A DNA stretch of 64,000 bases from Mobula hypostoma (Eukaryota): assembly GCF_963921235.1 (NCBI RefSeq), contig NC_086108.1, positions 105,278,001 to 105,342,000 on the forward strand. Direction: 5' to 3'. Shown piece after piece: positions 60,045 through 64,000 of the stretch. The position numbers and the translations under genes are program-made. Below the pieces are notes generated by a model. It made no database searches. It was given only the letters and a program-made list of their open reading frames with translations, and was not told the DNA's origin. How positions within the stretch are numbered: the first letter of the stretch is position 1; every line of letters starts with the position of its first letter.

Positions 60045-60845
60045 AAGCAACACACATCAAAGTTGCTGGTGAACGCAGCAGGCCAGGCAGCATCTCTAGG
60101 AAGAGGTACAGTCGACGTTTCGGGCCGAGACCCTTCGTCAGGACTAACTGAGGGAAGAGCTAGTAAGAGATTTGAAAGTGGGAATGGGAGGGGGAGATCC
60201 AAAATGATAGGAGAAGACAGGAGGAGGAGGGATGGGGCCAAGAGCTGGACAGGTGATTGGCAAAGGGGATATGAGAGGATCATGGGACAGGAGGCCCAGG
60301 GGAAGGAAAGGGGGGAGGGGGGGAAAACCCAGAGGATGGGCAAGGGGTATAGTCAGAGGGACAGAGGGAGAAAAAGGAGAGAGAGAGAGAAAGAATGTGT
60401 GTATATAAATAAATAACGGATGGGGTACGAGGGGGAGGTGGGGCATTAGTGGAATTTAGAGAAGTCAATGTTCATGCCATCAGGTTGGAGGCTACCCAGA
60501 CGGAATATAAAGTTCCTCCAACCTGAATGTGGCTTCATCTTTACAGTAGAGGAGGCCGTGGATGGACATATCAGAATGGGAATGGGACGTGAAATTAAAA
60601 TGTGTGGCCACTGGGAGGTCCTGCTTTCTCTGGCGGACAGAGCGTAGGTGTTCAGCAAAACGATCTCCCAGTCTGCATCGGGTCTCGCCAATATATAGAA
60701 GGCCACATCGGGAGCACTGGACGCAGTATATCACCCCAGCCGACTCACAGGTGAAGTGTCGCCTCACCTGGAAGAACTGTCTGGGGCCCTGAATGGTGGT
60801 AAGAGAGGAAGTGTAAGGGCACTTGTTCCGCTTACAAGGATAAGT
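60045..60845 (-). mobile_element. Young Penelope-like element 3' end (GIY-YIG plus pLTR)
   Basis: FTCESAGVIYCVQCSRCGLLYIGETRCRLGDRFAEH is the PLE GIY-YIG endonuclease; the pLTR contains a hammerhead. Confidence 0.9.
60110..60145 (-). ncRNA. Minimal type I hammerhead ribozyme motif
   Basis: AGTC-CTGACGA-A-GGG(tctcgg)CCC-GAAAC-GTC-GACT: conserved boxes, stem I, stem II, palindromic stem III and a GUC cleavage triplet. Confidence 0.7.
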
Positions 60846-61580
60846 ACTGTAAGCATTTTAGCCAGAGAGTAGAGAATCTGTGGAATACTCTGCCACAGAC
60901 GACTGTTGAGGTCAAGTTTTTTGGTATATTTAAAGCAGGTGTTGATGGGGCTTCTAAAGGTTATGGGGAGAAGGCAGGAGAATGGGGTTGAGTGGGATAA
61001 TAATTCAGCTATCGTGGAATGGCAGAGAAGACTTGACACTAACTGTTCATTACCCTCAGTAACACATAAAAATGTTGGAGGAACTTAGCAGGTCAGGAAG
61101 CATCTATGGAAAGGAACAAAATTGTCGCTGTTTCAGGCCAAGACCCTCCATGGACTCTTTTTTTCCTTTCCATAGATGCTGCCTGATGTGCAGACTTCCT
61201 CCAGCATTTTGTGGGTGTTACTCTGGATTACCAGCATCTGAAGAACTTCTTGTCTTCATTCACAACATGCTGGAGGAACTCAGCATGTCGGGCAGCATCC
61301 ATCAGATTGGACGCTCCCCAGACGGAATATAAGGCCCTATAAAGAAGGTGGGTGGAGGGTGGGAAGAATTCCCCTTACTGGTTTTTCACCTGCCGCCTCC
61401 TTCTACTACCCATTGTGTTTTCCCCTATTCCTCCTTCACCTTTCCTGCCTATCCCCTCCCTGCTTCCCCTCCCCCACCCCTTTATCTTTCCCCTTACTGG
61501 CTTTTCACCTGGAACCTCCCAGCCTTCTCCTTCCCACCCTCCCCCCACCTTCTTTATAGGGCCTCTGCCCCTTTCCTCTT

Positions 61581-61618
61581 CAGTCCTGACGAAGGGTTCC
61601 GGCCCGAAACGTTGACTG
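61581..61618 (+). ncRNA. Minimal type I hammerhead ribozyme motif
   Basis: CAGTC-CTGACGA-A-GGG(ttccgg)CCC-GAAAC-GTT-GACTG, within a Penelope pLTR at ~61330-61710. Confidence 0.65.
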
Positions 61619-64000
61619 ATCATTTCCACGGATGCTGCCCGACCTGCTGAGTTCCTTCAGTGTGTTGTGAGTATTGCTTTGACCCCAGCACCTGCAGAGT
61701 ATTTTGTGTTCTTCTCTTCATTGCTCTGCATAGATGCTGCCTGGCATGTAGAGTTCCTCCAGTGTTTTGTGGGTGTTGGCAAAGAAAGAAGCTGATAGGA
61801 TAGAAGAATGCAAGTCAGTATTTGTAGGGATCAAGCATTTTAATAATGGGCCGAATACCCTCACTTTGTGCTTCAGAATTCCAAAGTCCTTCTCCTTCTT
61901 CTGATGTTGAGTGTCAGTGTAATGGCTCTTTTATTCTCAACAACGTGCTGGGGACGCTTGCTGAAATTCCTTGTTGGAATTCAAGAACAGAAGAATAACA
62001 ATGGAATAATTTGCATTTATTTTAACAAGATTTATGGCCTCCCATTTTTAGAAGCACGGATGACAGGCCCTCACAGAGGTCAATGATGCTTCTTTTCCCC
62101 AATTCAGTTTCTCGTGTAATTGCTCCTTGAAGACTGACATAAAGTGGAGATAAACAGACAACGAAAGACAAGCAGTTTGCTTCTAAGGACTTCTGTGGGT
62201 GACATCTGATAAACATCTGACCATAATACACTTTGATGTGTTTGCTATTTCAGAAGTTATTAGTTGCAGGAAAAGAACCTTATCTGCACCTTTAAATGGA
62301 GACCAGCAATTAACAAGGGACAGGTCAAGTGTTACAAATCAGGCTTCACACAGCGTTCATTAAAGAAGACGAAGAAGAGTGGAATGCATTAAATGCTGAC
62401 AGCACCGTTTTTTTTTGCTTCAAAGAAACACTGTAGCAATTTTGACGTATAGATGAATTCAGGCAAAATAGAACTTGTGTTGTTTTGCATAGATTCAGAG
62501 AATGATATGGCACAGAAGGGGTTTATTCAGCCCAAAAAGTCAGCGTCATCTTTTTGACAAAGCTAATTAATCCTACATCCAAGCTTGTTCCCTGAGGTCC
62601 TGCAATTTTTTTTTTCTCTTTACCAGCACTTGTTTCTACAGATGTACAGTGGAGACCATCATAGTATCCCTCTTGTGTTTCTTGATCTCATTACTGGGGA
62701 TCCAGTGTAATTCGACTCTGCCACGTTGACCTGGTCCACGTCTCCATTAACTCAGCCCAACACTATTTACCAATATTGTGATCTTTCTCTTTGTCACATC
62801 TATCTTATTAGGATTTGGGGTTATGAATATGCTAAGGGTTTGTGGGGATGGTGGCTAAGTTTGGTGAGGTTACTGCTTATAGTTGGTGTTGGGGTGCGGA
62901 TTGTAGGGAACGAGTGCTCAGATTTGTGGGGATATAGACTAGGGTTTGTAGTGATGTGGGGCAGCGTTTGTGGTAGAGTGATCAAATGTTTCCTGGGGTG
63001 TGGTCCAGCATATGTGGGGCATGGTGTTAGGGTTAGGAATAGGGTTTGGGAGACGGAAGTGAGGAGGCGGGAGCAGAGAGGGGGTGTGGAGATTAGGATT
63101 AGGGATTGGGTTGGGGGATGGAAGTGAGGGCCGGGCAGGTTCCCCCCTTCCTTCCATTATGTAACACACACAAAATGCTTTAGGGTTTGGGTTAGCATTT
63201 ATTGAGAGGAGTAAACAGTTGATGCGTTGGGTCAAGAATCTTCGATGGTTTATTCCTCTCCATAGATGCTGCCTGACCTGCTGAGTTGCTCCAGCATTTT
63301 GTATGTGTTAGTCTGAATTTCCAGCATTGACAGACTATTTTGTGTTTATGTTGTGGAGACCATCCTGACAGGATGTATCACAGCCTGATATGAGGCTGGC
63401 TCCAGTGTACAGGATGGTTATGGACTTAGCCAGCTCCATCACAACCTTTCTAATCAAATCAGTCGATTCTGATCAAGTTTAATTATCATTCAAACCATAC
63501 AAAGATACAGTTGAATGAGACAGCTTCCTCTGAGATCAAGGTGCATAACATATCTTCAAAACAGCAAGGAGAGTCCAAGTCCCTGAGCGACATGCAAATT
63601 GATGGTACATCTCCCAGCAATGCAGCCTGTCGTTCCACCAGTCGAACACTGGAGGGCAGCACTAACAGGAGAGGCCAGCTCCCAACCAAACAGGGACACC
63701 ATGCTACACTGCCTCCAGCGCCTTCTCACTTGGACTGCAAGCTCAATTGGGCAAGCCCACTGCTTGAGGCCTAGTCCTTGCTACAAACATGGCCACATTG
63801 CTGACTTGTTGCCTGTCTCACCGCAAAACAAGCGAAACAGGTCTCACATTATCAAGATCCGACAGGGTCTTGCAATTGCAAGAGAAACGTCCGAGACTGT
63901 CACTCATGGTTACGCTGCACTCTGCTTTTATGTATCAACAGCGTTGGCTTTGAGTAGCCAGCGACAGCACAGTCTGCACCCAGGTCAGCTCCCCCACACC

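Noticed and set aside
61868..62086. Signal-peptide-like short ORF
   Set aside because: Starts at GTG rather than ATG, has no recognisable homology and no supporting splice structure.

Overview
Eukaryotic, repeat-dominated non-coding DNA. The repeat mix (CR1 LINEs with an esterase ORF1, Rex1/Babar-like LINEs, Penelope-like elements, tRNA-SINEs) is typical of a cartilaginous fish, probably a ray; this taxonomic call is inference. No intact host protein-coding gene is evident. Contents: (1) a decayed minus-strand Gypsy LTR retrotransposon (~3.5-12.2 kb) carrying nested insertions of a solo LTR, a CR1 and an RTE, whose integrase motif RTTPYHPQGNGQ has expanded into a 35-bp minisatellite; (2) many CR1 copies, including a near full-length, internally duplicated copy at 46.8-52.1 kb; (3) a NeSL/Hero-type restriction-endonuclease LINE; (4) Tc1 and hAT non-autonomous DNA transposons; (5) many Penelope-derived fragments and hairpins with minimal hammerhead ribozyme motifs. 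The most striking observation is a ~490-bp non-autonomous RTE-type element (39277-39765, 9-bp TSD) containing a 178-bp, circularly permuted piece of the coding sequence of the host gene CYHR1/ZFTRAF1. That arrangement suggests capture through a small circular intermediate.
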